NCBI GenBank assembly: GCA_964387845.1
Contig: CAYLXA010000003.1
Coordinates: forward strand, 164,089 to 228,088
Reading direction: 5' to 3'
Length of the DNA stretch: 64,000 bases
From: an uncultured bacterium
Lineage (GTDB): Bacteria > Omnitrophota > Omnitrophia > Omnitrophales > Abzuiibacteriaceae
Below the pieces are notes generated by a model that made no database searches, had not been told where the DNA came from, and saw only the letters and a program-made list of their open reading frames with translations. This document shows positions 9,500 through 20,001 of this stretch, piece by piece. Numbering within the stretch: position 1 is the first letter of the stretch; each line of letters opens with the position of its first letter. Both the position numbers and the translations under genes were made by a program.

Positions 9500-9703
9500 A
9501 TGGCACAAGGTACAGTTAAGTGGTTCAATAACGAAAAAGGATTTGGATTCATTGCACCCGAGAATTCCGCGAAAGATGTGTTTGTTCATCATACCGCGAT
9601 TCAAGGCGAAGGCTACAAAAGCTTGAACGAAGGTGACAACGTCCAATTTGACATCGTCAGCGGACCCAAAGGCGACCAAGCAGCTAACGTTGTAAAACGT
9701 TAA
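9500..9703 (+). CDS. cspA: Cold-shock protein (CspA family)
   Basis: [21 protein letters not shown]...VFVHHTAI contains the RNP1 (KGFGFI) and RNP2 (VFVHF-like) motifs. Confidence 0.92.
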   Translation: MAQGTVKWFNNEKGFGFIAPENSAKDVFVHHTAIQGEGYKSLNEGDNVQFDIVSGPKGDQAANVVKR

Positions 9704-9720
9704 ACGCTTTGATTTTTACA

Positions 9721-9757
9721 AAAACCCCGTTCTCTTGCAAAAGAGAGCGGGGTTTTT
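9721..9757. terminator. Bidirectional intrinsic terminator between cspA (+) and katG (-)
   Basis: aaaaaccccgttctcttgcaaaagagagcggggttttt: a long imperfect hairpin with an A-run 5' and a T-run 3'. Confidence 0.65.
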
Positions 9758-9764
9758 GTGTTTA

Positions 9765-12005
<2,241 letters not shown>

Positions 12006-12146
12006 TTAACTCCTTTTTAGATTTTGCACTTTTTGCATATACCTTCCAAAACAACTTTCTTATCTATTAATAAGAATAATTCCTATTTGCATATGATTTT
12101 ACAATCAGCTAACGACAAGCAAGATGTTAATCATTTAACTCAATTA

Positions 12147-12713
12147 TCAATCTAACTCTTTAAGAACCTTAACCGGGTTTCCGCCCACAACTGTTTTGGA
12201 AGGAACGTCTTTTGCAACAACGGCGCCTGCAGCAATAATACTCTCATCGCCAATTTTAATTCCTGGGCATAAAACAGCACTTCCTCCAATCCAAACATCA
12301 TTTCCTATATGAACAGTTTTTCCAAACTCTAGCCCTCTGCGCCGCTCCTGCGCATCTAGCGGGTGGCCAGCCGTATAAATTTGGACATTAGGTCCTAACA
12401 TAACGTTAGAACCGATTATAATTTTAGCCACATCCAATAAGATACAATTGAAATTCAAATAGACATTCTCACCGAGTTCGATATTTTTCCCATAATCACA
12501 ATAAAAAGGCGGCTGAAGCCATAGCCCCGAACCGACTTTGCCAAATAACTTCTTGCACAAGGCCAATCGATCGCCATTTTTGATATCTTGAACAGAGCTA
12601 TTTAGTTTGTTCAGTAAATCACGTGCTTTCTTGCGCATACGCACAAGTTCCGCATCACTTGCGTTATAAAGTTCTCCCGAAATCATTTTTTCATATTCAG
12701 TCATAGTTTCCAT
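12147..12713 (-). CDS. maa: Maltose/galactoside O-acetyltransferase (left-handed beta-helix, hexapeptide repeats)
   Basis: Hexapeptide repeats are present (IGNDVWIGGSAVLCPGIKIGDESIIAAGAVV). I preferred the start at METMTEY (ATG 12713) because the upstream ATG at 12752 lies inside a terminator hairpin. Confidence 0.75.
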   Translation of the reverse strand: METMTEYEKMISGELYNASDAELVRMRKKARDLLNKLNSSVQDIKNGDRLALCKKLFGKVGSGLWLQPPFYCDYGKNIELGENVYLNFNCILLDVAKIIIGSNVMLGPNVQIYTAGHPLDAQERRRGLEFGKTVHIGNDVWIGGSAVLCPGIKIGDESIIAAGAVVAKDVPSKTVVGGNPVKVLKELD

Positions 12714-12730
12714 TATACCCGCACTGGACA

Positions 12731-12769
12731 AAAAAAGAACCCGCTTAACCAATTACGATTAAGCGGGTT
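12731..12769 (-). terminator. Intrinsic terminator on the minus strand downstream of tRNA-Asn
   Basis: On the minus strand: aaacccgcttaa-tcgtaattgg-ttaagcgggtt followed by CTTTTTTT. Confidence 0.55.
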
Positions 12770-12790
12770 TATGTAATGGCTACCGTGAAT

Positions 12791-12840
12791 TTAAACAAAA
12801 ATGGCCACAACGCATAAAACGAAGTGGCCATTTTGTTTAA
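12791..12840. repeat. Long AT-rich inverted repeat (17-bp stem) abutting the tRNA-Asn 3' end
   Basis: ttaaacaaaaatggccac...gtggccattttgtttaa with a 15-nt loop. There is no U-tract on either side. Confidence 0.5.
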
Positions 12841-12843
12841 ATC

Positions 12844-12916
12844 CTCCCGAGCCAGGGCTCGAACCTGGGACCCAGCGATTAACAGTCGCTTGCTCTACCA
12901 ACTGAGCTACTCGGGA
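12844..12916 (-). tRNA. tRNA-Asn (anticodon GUU)
   Basis: The reverse complement folds as a cloverleaf: acceptor UCCCGAG/CUCGGGA, D-arm AGCUCAGUUGGUAGAGC, anticodon stem AGCGA/UCGCU with loop CUGUUAA, T-arm GGUUCGAGCCC, discriminator G. CCA is not encoded. Confidence 0.85.
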
Positions 12917-13061
12917 ATGAGTGAGGCGAGTAAGGATTATAGCGAAATAACGGGCAATTTTGAAGCTGATTATAAGACCGATTTAGAAAGCCTTATTCTC
13001 ATAAAGCCGGCAAGAATAAATACCTACATTGCTGCCAGCGGCTGTAGCAGTCAATCCTATT

Positions 13062-14408
13062 TCAGTAAACCAAAGTTTTTGGAAGTTCTTTCCCGCCGGT
13101 TTCATGCCACCAGTTTAATGTTTTCTTTTTAAGGTCTTTCATCATTTCTTCATGTTCTGGGTTTTGAGACAAGTTATTTCTCTCAAAAGGATCATCCGGC
13201 AGATAGTATAAATCCTGGTCACCTGCTTTGCGGGCGGGGAAATCGGTCATGACATGTTGAATTCGGAAATAATTGTTCCGATCTTCCGTTATGTCTTTCA
13301 CGTAGAAAATATACTTCCATTTCTCGGTCCTAGCATAAAAAGCATAAACGTCGCTTTCCGGCGCCGGATTCTTTGATGCAACCGAAGGATATATTGCTCC
13401 AAACAGGGTATCTCGGAATTCGGCATTTTTTCCTTCAATAGCAGGTTTCAAAGATTTTCCGGCCATGCTTTCCGGCGGCGCAATTCCGGCGTAATCCAGA
13501 ATGGTCGGGACAATATCAAGCGCGCTGATCATTTTTGGAATCACTTGTCCGCTTTTGATATGATCGGGCCAGTAAAAAATAACGGGCGTCCGCAATCCCA
13601 TTTCGAATGCGGATCCTTTGGAAACAAGGCCGTTGCACCATCCATTATCGATGACGAAAATAACCAGCGTATTTTTAAGCAGGTCCTTTTCTTTTAGTTT
13701 TTCTAAAACAGCGTTAATGCTGGCATCAAGCCAGTATTCCATAGCAAAACTTAATCTTTCGATTTCGCGGTAACGCTTATGCTTTTCTTTCGGCACCCAA
13801 GATGGGATTGGTATGTCATCCTGTTTGAAAAAATTTAAAAATTCCTTCGGAGGCCGAAGAGGCACGTGAGGAATTCGCGGCGCGTACCATACAAAAAAGT
13901 TCTGATTTTTAAGCTTATCAAAAAATTTGAATAGATCTTTTTGATCGCGCCTGACAAAAAAATAATCCTTGCCTTTACCATGAGTAAAACCAAGGCGCTC
14001 CGGCTTTCCTTCCCAATATTTTCCTTGTGCAAATGTTGCGTAGCCTGTGTCGCGCAGAAGAGCAGGTAATAGGTACTTCGCGTTTAATTGGTCGGGGCCG
14101 CTGTTGTAGTAAATTCCATGCTGATGGGGGTACATTCCGGAAAGAAATCCTGCCAAAGTAGGGCGGCATCGCGACATCGGCACATAAGCTGTCGGGAACA
14201 AAGTGCCTTCTTGCGCGAGTTTATCAATGGTTGGCGTTTTGACATTGGGATTTCCGGTGAATCCTGTGTGCGTGTGGTTATGATCGTCTGAAATAATGAG
14301 TAATATATTGGGACGAACGCCAGATTCTGCAAAACATTTCAAATTTAAACTTAGCAATACCGCAACAAATAAGATTGCGCACCTAGTCAAAAACCTATTT
14401 TTTATCAC
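13062..14408 (-). CDS. Sulfatase-like hydrolase/transferase (alkaline-phosphatase superfamily) with a degenerate FGly motif
   Basis: Signal peptide and LLIISDDHNHTHTGFTG...YVPMSRCRPTLAGFLSG align to the sulfatase N-terminal signature. The CxPxR arginine is replaced by Leu (CRPTL). Confidence 0.65.
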   Translation of the reverse strand: MIKNRFLTRCAILFVAVLLSLNLKCFAESGVRPNILLIISDDHNHTHTGFTGNPNVKTPTIDKLAQEGTLFPTAYVPMSRCRPTLAGFLSGMYPHQHGIYYNSGPDQLNAKYLLPALLRDTGYATFAQGKYWEGKPERLGFTHGKGKDYFFVRRDQKDLFKFFDKLKNQNFFVWYAPRIPHVPLRPPKEFLNFFKQDDIPIPSWVPKEKHKRYREIERLSFAMEYWLDASINAVLEKLKEKDLLKNTLVIFVIDNGWCNGLVSKGSAFEMGLRTPVIFYWPDHIKSGQVIPKMISALDIVPTILDYAGIAPPESMAGKSLKPAIEGKNAEFRDTLFGAIYPSVASKNPAPESDVYAFYARTEKWKYIFYVKDITEDRNNYFRIQHVMTDFPARKAGDQDLYYLPDDPFERNNLSQNPEHEEMMKDLKKKTLNWWHETGGKELPKTLVY

Positions 14409-14655
14409 GCCTATATCCTTTTCTATTTCCCCAAAAAATACAAAGACAAGTTAAAAGCAGCATCAAAAAAATGGATTCATAATTAAGCTGGATCAAACAA
14501 TCTTCCAAAGATCTGCCTATTACGATTAAATCTGCAATCCGGCTCAAAGCACTGTAAACCCCGTAGCAAGCACCATCAATCAGGTAGCCTCTGCCGGCAA
14601 AGAAAGCCAGCCAGCAAATTATTGCTAAAAGAAAAAACGGTCTTTGCTTTATCAT
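14395..14655 (-). CDS. Small membrane protein (86 aa, 2-3 TM)
   Basis: Hydrophobic ORF whose start overlaps the sulfatase-like gene and whose end overlaps the AlgJ-like gene by 4 nt, consistent with operon coupling. Confidence 0.35.
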   Translation of the reverse strand: MIKQRPFFLLAIICWLAFFAGRGYLIDGACYGVYSALSRIADLIVIGRSLEDCLIQLNYESIFLMLLLTCLCIFWGNRKGYRRDKK

Positions 14656-15584
14656 GAATTAAAACACCGATTAACTGCTACTTCAGCGAACAGCCTGGCG
14701 CCGGCGGTATTTAAGTGATCTTCAGATGAAAACAAATCAGGGTCGTCGATCACGTACGATCCATTAAAATATTTGTAGCTGTAACGATCCGCAAGTTGCC
14801 GGATAAAAGCGTAAGCTTCCGAGAATTGTGGAAAATTTTTTGACATGTCTAAATATTGAGGCGACATAGGATAGGACACTAGACAGACATCCGCATTTTT
14901 ATTTTTCAGATATGAAAAAATAAGCTCGAGTTTATTAGCGGCTTTTCCGCTATGAAAATCTGATGCCGGAAGTTGCAGCTGAACTCTCTTTTGAATTCTA
15001 GATTTGATTTCGTTTGCCGTATAAGTTTGCGACATCGGGTCGTCCAGAGTTTGGGCGCCGTCCTTGTGAAGAACAAATTTGCTCTTAAAACTTCCGCGCT
15101 TTAAAAAAACTTTAAAGTAATTTAGCAAATTAATTTTATGCCGGGCGGTCAGTATCAGTATTGGAGGGTCTTCCGGAGATTCATAATCCTTTAAAAATAA
15201 TTCGGAGTTCATTTTTTCGCGGTAATCAGAAAAGAAATGCGGATCGACCTGTAGAATTATTTTTCCAGGCTGTTTTTTGGAGAAGTAGAGCATTATTTTT
15301 CCTACGAGCACATCTAAGTTTTCGTAAGAAGCGGCGAGGTTGATAAAACCAGCTTGTCCGGTGAAACCTTGGCTTGTATGAGAGTCGCCGAAGGCAACAT
15401 TTTCAGCGGTTGAATTAAAAAATAAAGCGCGGTGATGCTCAAAAACATCCCGTTTTTGAACTTTTGTGCGAATCAATATTTCTGCGGAGAGCAAAAAAAC
15501 GAAAGTAATTATGAAAGAAGTGGCGGCAAAAACTTTTAACCAAATCTTAAAATTGGAAGTAGAGGAATTCACTATTGGATTCAA
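14652..15584 (-). CDS. AlgJ/AlgX/DltD-like SGNH-fold O-acetyltransferase partner of the MBOAT protein
   Basis: N-terminal TM anchor followed by a GDSHT (SGNH block I) motif. It is translationally coupled to the upstream MBOAT gene. Confidence 0.5.
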   Translation of the reverse strand: MNPIVNSSTSNFKIWLKVFAATSFIITFVFLLSAEILIRTKVQKRDVFEHHRALFFNSTAENVAFGDSHTSQGFTGQAGFINLAASYENLDVLVGKIMLYFSKKQPGKIILQVDPHFFSDYREKMNSELFLKDYESPEDPPILILTARHKINLLNYFKVFLKRGSFKSKFVLHKDGAQTLDDPMSQTYTANEIKSRIQKRVQLQLPASDFHSGKAANKLELIFSYLKNKNADVCLVSYPMSPQYLDMSKNFPQFSEAYAFIRQLADRYSYKYFNGSYVIDDPDLFSSEDHLNTAGARLFAEVAVNRCFNS

Positions 15585-17076
15585 CGAATAAGAAAATAAA
15601 ATTGAGAGAAGCCAATATGCCGAGCAAGAAAGCGGTTTTGACAGACGGCTCCCAAGAGTTAATAAGTGTCGGCGATTCTATTTTTCGGATATGGACAAGT
15701 TCGTCTTCCGCTTTAAGCACGGGGTTGAATTTTTTCATCCATTCTTGCGAATTTGGCAATGCAAATGCGATCAGCAACATTCCGACTGTCAGTAAAATCT
15801 GATACACGAATCGAATCGAAATGGCATCAAACACAAAACCATTCCATCCAAACATGCTTTTGTAAAATAGCAAACTAGCTTGCAAAGATTCAGCTCTGAA
15901 TAAAACCCACGAAATGAGCACGACAAAAAAAGTGAGCGCGGTTGATCCCATATTTTTTAAAAATGCGTACCGATTTATAATTTCCATTTTATTTCCGAGG
16001 GTTTTCGCCCAAAGGTGGTTGAGTCCTATGAATAACCCATGCAGCACTCCCCACAATATGAAAGTCCAATGAGCGCCGTGCCACAGCCCGCCCAGCAGCA
16101 TGGTCACCATAATATTCATGCATTGGCGTACCACCCCCTTGCGGTTTCCGCCTAAAGGAATGTAGAGGTATTGCCAAAGAAATCTGGAAAGCGTCATGTG
16201 CCAGCGTCTCCAAAATTCTACAATCGACGATGCTTTATAGGGCGAGTTAAAGTTCATGGGTAGGACAATCCCAAACATCCTTGCCAATCCTATTGCCATA
16301 TCCGAATAGCCAGAGAAATCGAAATAAATCTGCAATGCATAAGCAATTACCGCTCCCCAGGCTCCCGAAAAGCTTGGCGAAGTTCCTGCGGCCGCAGCTT
16401 CAAAAACCGGCGTTGAAAAAGTGGATATTGTGTCTGCCAGCAGTACCTTTTTGCTGAGTCCGAGAACAAATAATGTAATTCCAACAGAAAAATTTTCATG
16501 CAGCCGGGTTGTTTTTTCAGGGCGGTTGTTTTGCAAAAATTGCGGCATCATTTCGTGATGATGGACGATGGGGCCGGCAATGAGTTGGGGGAAAAAAGTA
16601 ACAAATAAACAATAGGTAATGAAATCGTAATCTTGCGCCTTTTTTTTATAAACATCCACCAAGTAAGTAATTTGTTGAAATGTGAAGAAAGAAATCGCGA
16701 GCGGAAGAATGATTTTGTGAATACTAAAAGATTGGCCAAATAACCAGTTTATATTCTCAATTAAAAATCCGGCGTATTTATAATAAGCTAACAGCAAAAG
16801 ATTAAAACCAATTCCAAGAATTGTTATAAGCTTTGCAGGACCCTTCTTATTTTTCTTGATTAATTTTCCTATGAAAACACCGGTGAGGTAGTTGAAGCCA
16901 ATCGATATAAGAATTAAAAGCAAATAGCTAAAATTCCACCAGCCATAAAAAAACAAAGAAGCGGTAGCGAGCCAGGCGATCGAGATTTTTTGCCCGGAAG
17001 TTTCTTTCAATATGTAATAAACGGATGCTGTTATGGGCAGGAAGGCGAAAATAAATTCGAAAGAATTAAATAGCAT
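15547..17076 (-). CDS. MBOAT-family membrane O-acyltransferase (AlgI/DltB-like)
   Basis: 509 aa, polytopic, MLFNSFEFIFAFLP N-terminus, and a conserved His region (WRRWHMTLSRFL...) typical of AlgI/DltB. Confidence 0.85.
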   Translation of the reverse strand: MLFNSFEFIFAFLPITASVYYILKETSGQKISIAWLATASLFFYGWWNFSYLLLILISIGFNYLTGVFIGKLIKKNKKGPAKLITILGIGFNLLLLAYYKYAGFLIENINWLFGQSFSIHKIILPLAISFFTFQQITYLVDVYKKKAQDYDFITYCLFVTFFPQLIAGPIVHHHEMMPQFLQNNRPEKTTRLHENFSVGITLFVLGLSKKVLLADTISTFSTPVFEAAAAGTSPSFSGAWGAVIAYALQIYFDFSGYSDMAIGLARMFGIVLPMNFNSPYKASSIVEFWRRWHMTLSRFLWQYLYIPLGGNRKGVVRQCMNIMVTMLLGGLWHGAHWTFILWGVLHGLFIGLNHLWAKTLGNKMEIINRYAFLKNMGSTALTFFVVLISWVLFRAESLQASLLFYKSMFGWNGFVFDAISIRFVYQILLTVGMLLIAFALPNSQEWMKKFNPVLKAEDELVHIRKIESPTLINSWEPSVKTAFLLGILASLNFIFLFVESNSEFLYFQF

Positions 17077-17204
17077 GGCTGCTATTTTAGCTAGAAACAG
17101 CTTACTATCAACAAAACTTTTATCATGATGCAGAGTGCGTACATGATCAAAATTGGATCAAAGGATTGGATGTGGTTAAACTTGCGGTTTAATTTTTTGA
17201 CTTT

Positions 17205-17213
17205 TGATATAAT
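17205..17213 (+). promoter_or_regulatory. Extended -10 promoter element (TGaTATAAT) upstream of 17240
   Basis: TGnTATAAT match 27 nt upstream of the ATG. Confidence 0.35.
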
Positions 17214-17239
17214 GACACCGTGCTTTACGAGATGAACTT

Positions 17240-17701
17240 ATGAATTTTGGAGAAATCGTTCAGGAAATTCAATACGTGCTGGCACCCGCAATTATGGTGT
17301 CGAGTGCGGCGCTTCTATTACTTGGATTTCAGAACAAATTTGCTACCCTGGCCAGCCGGTTTCGTGCGCTCAATCAGGAGCGGCGGGCACTTGCTGTCAA
17401 AAATTTCCGCACTAAGGAAGAGAACGAGCGTTTCGATAATTTAGTGACACAAGTGAATCATTTGCATGAGCGCGCAACCTGCGTCAAGAATGCGATTCTC
17501 CTGACGTATTTATCAATTGTTTGCTTTGTTTTAACATCCGTTTTGCTTTTTGTAAGCATTCACGCCAATCTTCAATTCTTTCAATTTATTATTACCCTTT
17601 TTCTTGTCGGCCTTGTTTTAATCTTGGCAACTTCACTGATCATGATAAAAGAAATTTCGATCGCATTTAAAGTTGTAACACTCGAGAAAAAATCTGCCTG
17701 A
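17240..17701 (+). CDS. Membrane protein (DUF2721-like, two TM segments)
   Basis: 153 aa with two hydrophobic segments separated by a charged helix. The DUF2721 resemblance is from memory. Confidence 0.4.
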   Translation: MNFGEIVQEIQYVLAPAIMVSSAALLLLGFQNKFATLASRFRALNQERRALAVKNFRTKEENERFDNLVTQVNHLHERATCVKNAILLTYLSIVCFVLTSVLLFVSIHANLQFFQFIITLFLVGLVLILATSLIMIKEISIAFKVVTLEKKSA

Positions 17702-17717
17702 TGAAGGGCTCTGAAAT

Positions 17718-18260
17718 ATGAGCGATGAAGATTCAAATTTAGCCGCTTTGAGGCACGCCCGCGAAGCTTTTTTAAAGCAAATCGAGCAGGAAAAAGATCC
17801 CGTCAAGAAAGAAAAACTCAAAGAATTTATCCCTTACATGGAAAGAACTTTTTCGCTGCATGAGATCGACTGGTTTCGGGTTAAAGCGATTGAGACAGCG
17901 AATGCGGCACGTGCTTTTGCAGATTCCGAGGAATCTGAGAAGGAATTTCAAGTTTCAAACCGGGTTTTCTGGCTCAGGGCGCTTGCTTTGCTGTGGACTT
18001 TATTTTTAATCATGAGCCCGATCGTTATTTGGACCGGTATGCAGAATGTATATGTTTACCAAACTAACGAAGGCTCTGAGATTATCAGCGAAACTTTCGA
18101 GGGTGATCACATCATTATCGGAGAAAACAAAATTCCGATGGAATTCAACCGGCGTGAATGGACGCTTCTGAAGGATCCCGTTGCAAGAGTTGCAGGCGTG
18201 ATTCTTGCTTTTTTCGGTTTGGTTGCGCTGACTTTGGGTAAAACAGAATTATTGAAATGA
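17718..18260 (+). CDS. Hypothetical membrane protein (180 aa)
   Basis: Charged N-terminal domain plus two TM helices. Co-directional with 17240-17701. Confidence 0.4.
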   Translation: MSDEDSNLAALRHAREAFLKQIEQEKDPVKKEKLKEFIPYMERTFSLHEIDWFRVKAIETANAARAFADSEESEKEFQVSNRVFWLRALALLWTLFLIMSPIVIWTGMQNVYVYQTNEGSEIISETFEGDHIIIGENKIPMEFNRREWTLLKDPVARVAGVILAFFGLVALTLGKTELLK

Positions 18261-18261
18261 T

Positions 18262-18693
18262 CTAACGTCTTGCGGCTTCCCGGAGCGCAGTATTGATTTT
18301 CTCGACCAGGCTGTGAAGTTCGTCGTCTTTGCGGATCCGGATTTGATGCGTAAAGTCGCCTGTTTTGATGATTTCTGTCAGGGATTTTTCAATCCGGTAA
18401 ATGGGCCCTGCAAGGCGATGTGTCAGGCGGATGGCGGAATAAGTCATTGCGGCGAATAAAATCGGAATGCCAACCGCTAGAATCCAATTAACACGCTCAA
18501 GCGCCGGGAAAAGCGTTTCCGCAATCAGTTCCGGAATCGCGACTTCGCGCGCGACTGCCTGCCAAATCAAATAATAAAGGCAAACCAAGACAAAAATTGC
18601 AGGCACGCCCATTGCGGTCAAAATAAACCTTAAATACTTTTGCTGCAGCGGGTGATCAGCGAATGCGTTTTTTCGGCGGTTTGCGTGTTTCAT
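18262..18693 (-). CDS. Small HAMP-domain membrane protein
   Basis: Two TM helices followed by a HAMP-like segment (RLAGPIYRIEKSLTEIIKTGDFTHQIRIRKDDELHSLVEKIN). There is no output domain. Confidence 0.5.
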   Translation of the reverse strand: MKHANRRKNAFADHPLQQKYLRFILTAMGVPAIFVLVCLYYLIWQAVAREVAIPELIAETLFPALERVNWILAVGIPILFAAMTYSAIRLTHRLAGPIYRIEKSLTEIIKTGDFTHQIRIRKDDELHSLVEKINTALREAARR

Positions 18694-18697
18694 AGGC

Positions 18698-19408
18698 CTA
18701 AATTTTCCCGATTAGAATATCGTCAAAAAAGCCTTCCGCTTCACTTTTGGTTCCTTCGGCGTCTGTCATCAAAGCAATTGCGACAACCTTCATTTTTGGT
18801 TTTTCACCGAACAACTTTTGATAATCTTCGTAAACATTTCGGTGCTCACTCGCCCATTCGCTATTTTTTAGACGGCCCGACCGTAAAACCAACTGCCTAA
18901 TTTTATCCGAGTAAGGGCTTTTGATAATTGTATTTTCCGGAATTGACTCGTCCCATACGTATTCAACGCACTTAAAGTTTGTAAAAAACCCTTGAGAAAA
19001 AATCACATAGACCCGAGCCGCGAAATCATCACGCTTTTTTGGATCGGCCTCAGTTTTTTTATCGGGAAATTTGCCGACGCGCCATTTCCATAATAAATGC
19101 GGATATTCGGAAATATCGAATTTGATTTTAAAGAAAATCGCAGATGCCGATTTCATGCTTTCCGAACGGACAAAACCACCGGGTTCTTCTAATTCAATCC
19201 AATATTTAACGCGGCCGTGGAATACTTTCTCCTCCCATTCTTTAAGCGCGCCGGGATGGTTAAAGTCAAAAACGTGGAACATATTTTGAATGGTGGGTGT
19301 TAAAGAAATGGGCGGTTTAAAGGGTACCGGCGTTAGAAATAGAGCAGCCGACAAAACCAGTATAATGAGTACACCAAGCCAGAAAAAATGCGAATCTTTA
19401 TTTTTCAC
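18698..19408 (-). CDS. DUF3047-family protein (membrane-anchored)
   Basis: N-terminal TM segment, then [13 protein letters not shown]...[10 protein letters not shown], which I recall as DUF3047-like. Confidence 0.5.
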   Translation of the reverse strand: MKNKDSHFFWLGVLIILVLSAALFLTPVPFKPPISLTPTIQNMFHVFDFNHPGALKEWEEKVFHGRVKYWIELEEPGGFVRSESMKSASAIFFKIKFDISEYPHLLWKWRVGKFPDKKTEADPKKRDDFAARVYVIFSQGFFTNFKCVEYVWDESIPENTIIKSPYSDKIRQLVLRSGRLKNSEWASEHRNVYEDYQKLFGEKPKMKVVAIALMTDAEGTKSEAEGFFDDILIGKI

Positions 19409-19425
19409 CTTTTAGTTATCGGCTA

Positions 19426-20001
19426 TTGGGCTACAATATATCTATGAATTATTTGACCGCTTTTATCCTTACGATTTCTTTATTGGCCGTATTTCATGAA
19501 AGGAGCTTTGCGATGGTTGGAAAACCCGAATCAAGAAAACCTCAGAAAGGCGAGCAGTGCAGCCTGCCGACGAATGATGCGGAATTGCGGAAAATATTAA
19601 CACCCGAGCAATATAAAGTTGTGCGTGAAAACGGAACCGAAATGCCGTTTATGAATGCTTATTGGAACAACAAAAAGCCCGGCATTTATGTGGATATTGT
19701 TTCAGGTGAAGCGCTTTTCAGCTCAACCGAAAAATTTGATTCCGGGACCGGTTGGCCGAGCTTTACGGCACCGATAAAGATAGAGAACGTTGTTGAAAAA
19801 TCGGATGAAAGCCACGGCATGGCCCGCACGGAAGTCCGTTCTAAAGAGGGCGACTCTCATTTGGGCCACGTGTTTCCGGACGGCCCAGGCCCCACTGGCA
19901 TGCGTTACTGCATTAATTCCGCGGCGCTCCGTTTTATTCCGGCGGAAGATCTTGAAAAAGAAGGTTATGGAAAGTACCGCTATTTGTTCGAGAAGAAATA
20001 A
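19426..20001 (+). CDS. msrB: Peptide-methionine (R)-S-oxide reductase MsrB with a signal peptide (periplasmic)
   Basis: [52 protein letters not shown] (catalytic Cys) and an N-terminal hydrophobic leader. Confidence 0.9.
   Translation: MGYNISMNYLTAFILTISLLAVFHERSFAMVGKPESRKPQKGEQCSLPTNDAELRKILTPEQYKVVRENGTEMPFMNAYWNNKKPGIYVDIVSGEALFSSTEKFDSGTGWPSFTAPIKIENVVEKSDESHGMARTEVRSKEGDSHLGHVFPDGPGPTGMRYCINSAALRFIPAEDLEKEGYGKYRYLFEKK

Noticed and set aside
12824-13132. 102-aa plus-strand ORF spanning the tRNA-Asn region
   Set aside because: It reads through the tRNA gene and its terminators (…RTWDPAINSRLLYQLSYSG is simply a translation of the tRNA). Spurious.
12731-14408. Possible genomic island integrated at tRNA-Asn
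   Set aside because: No integrase, transposase or direct repeat of the tRNA 3' end is found on either side. Flanking genes are ordinary envelope-modification genes.
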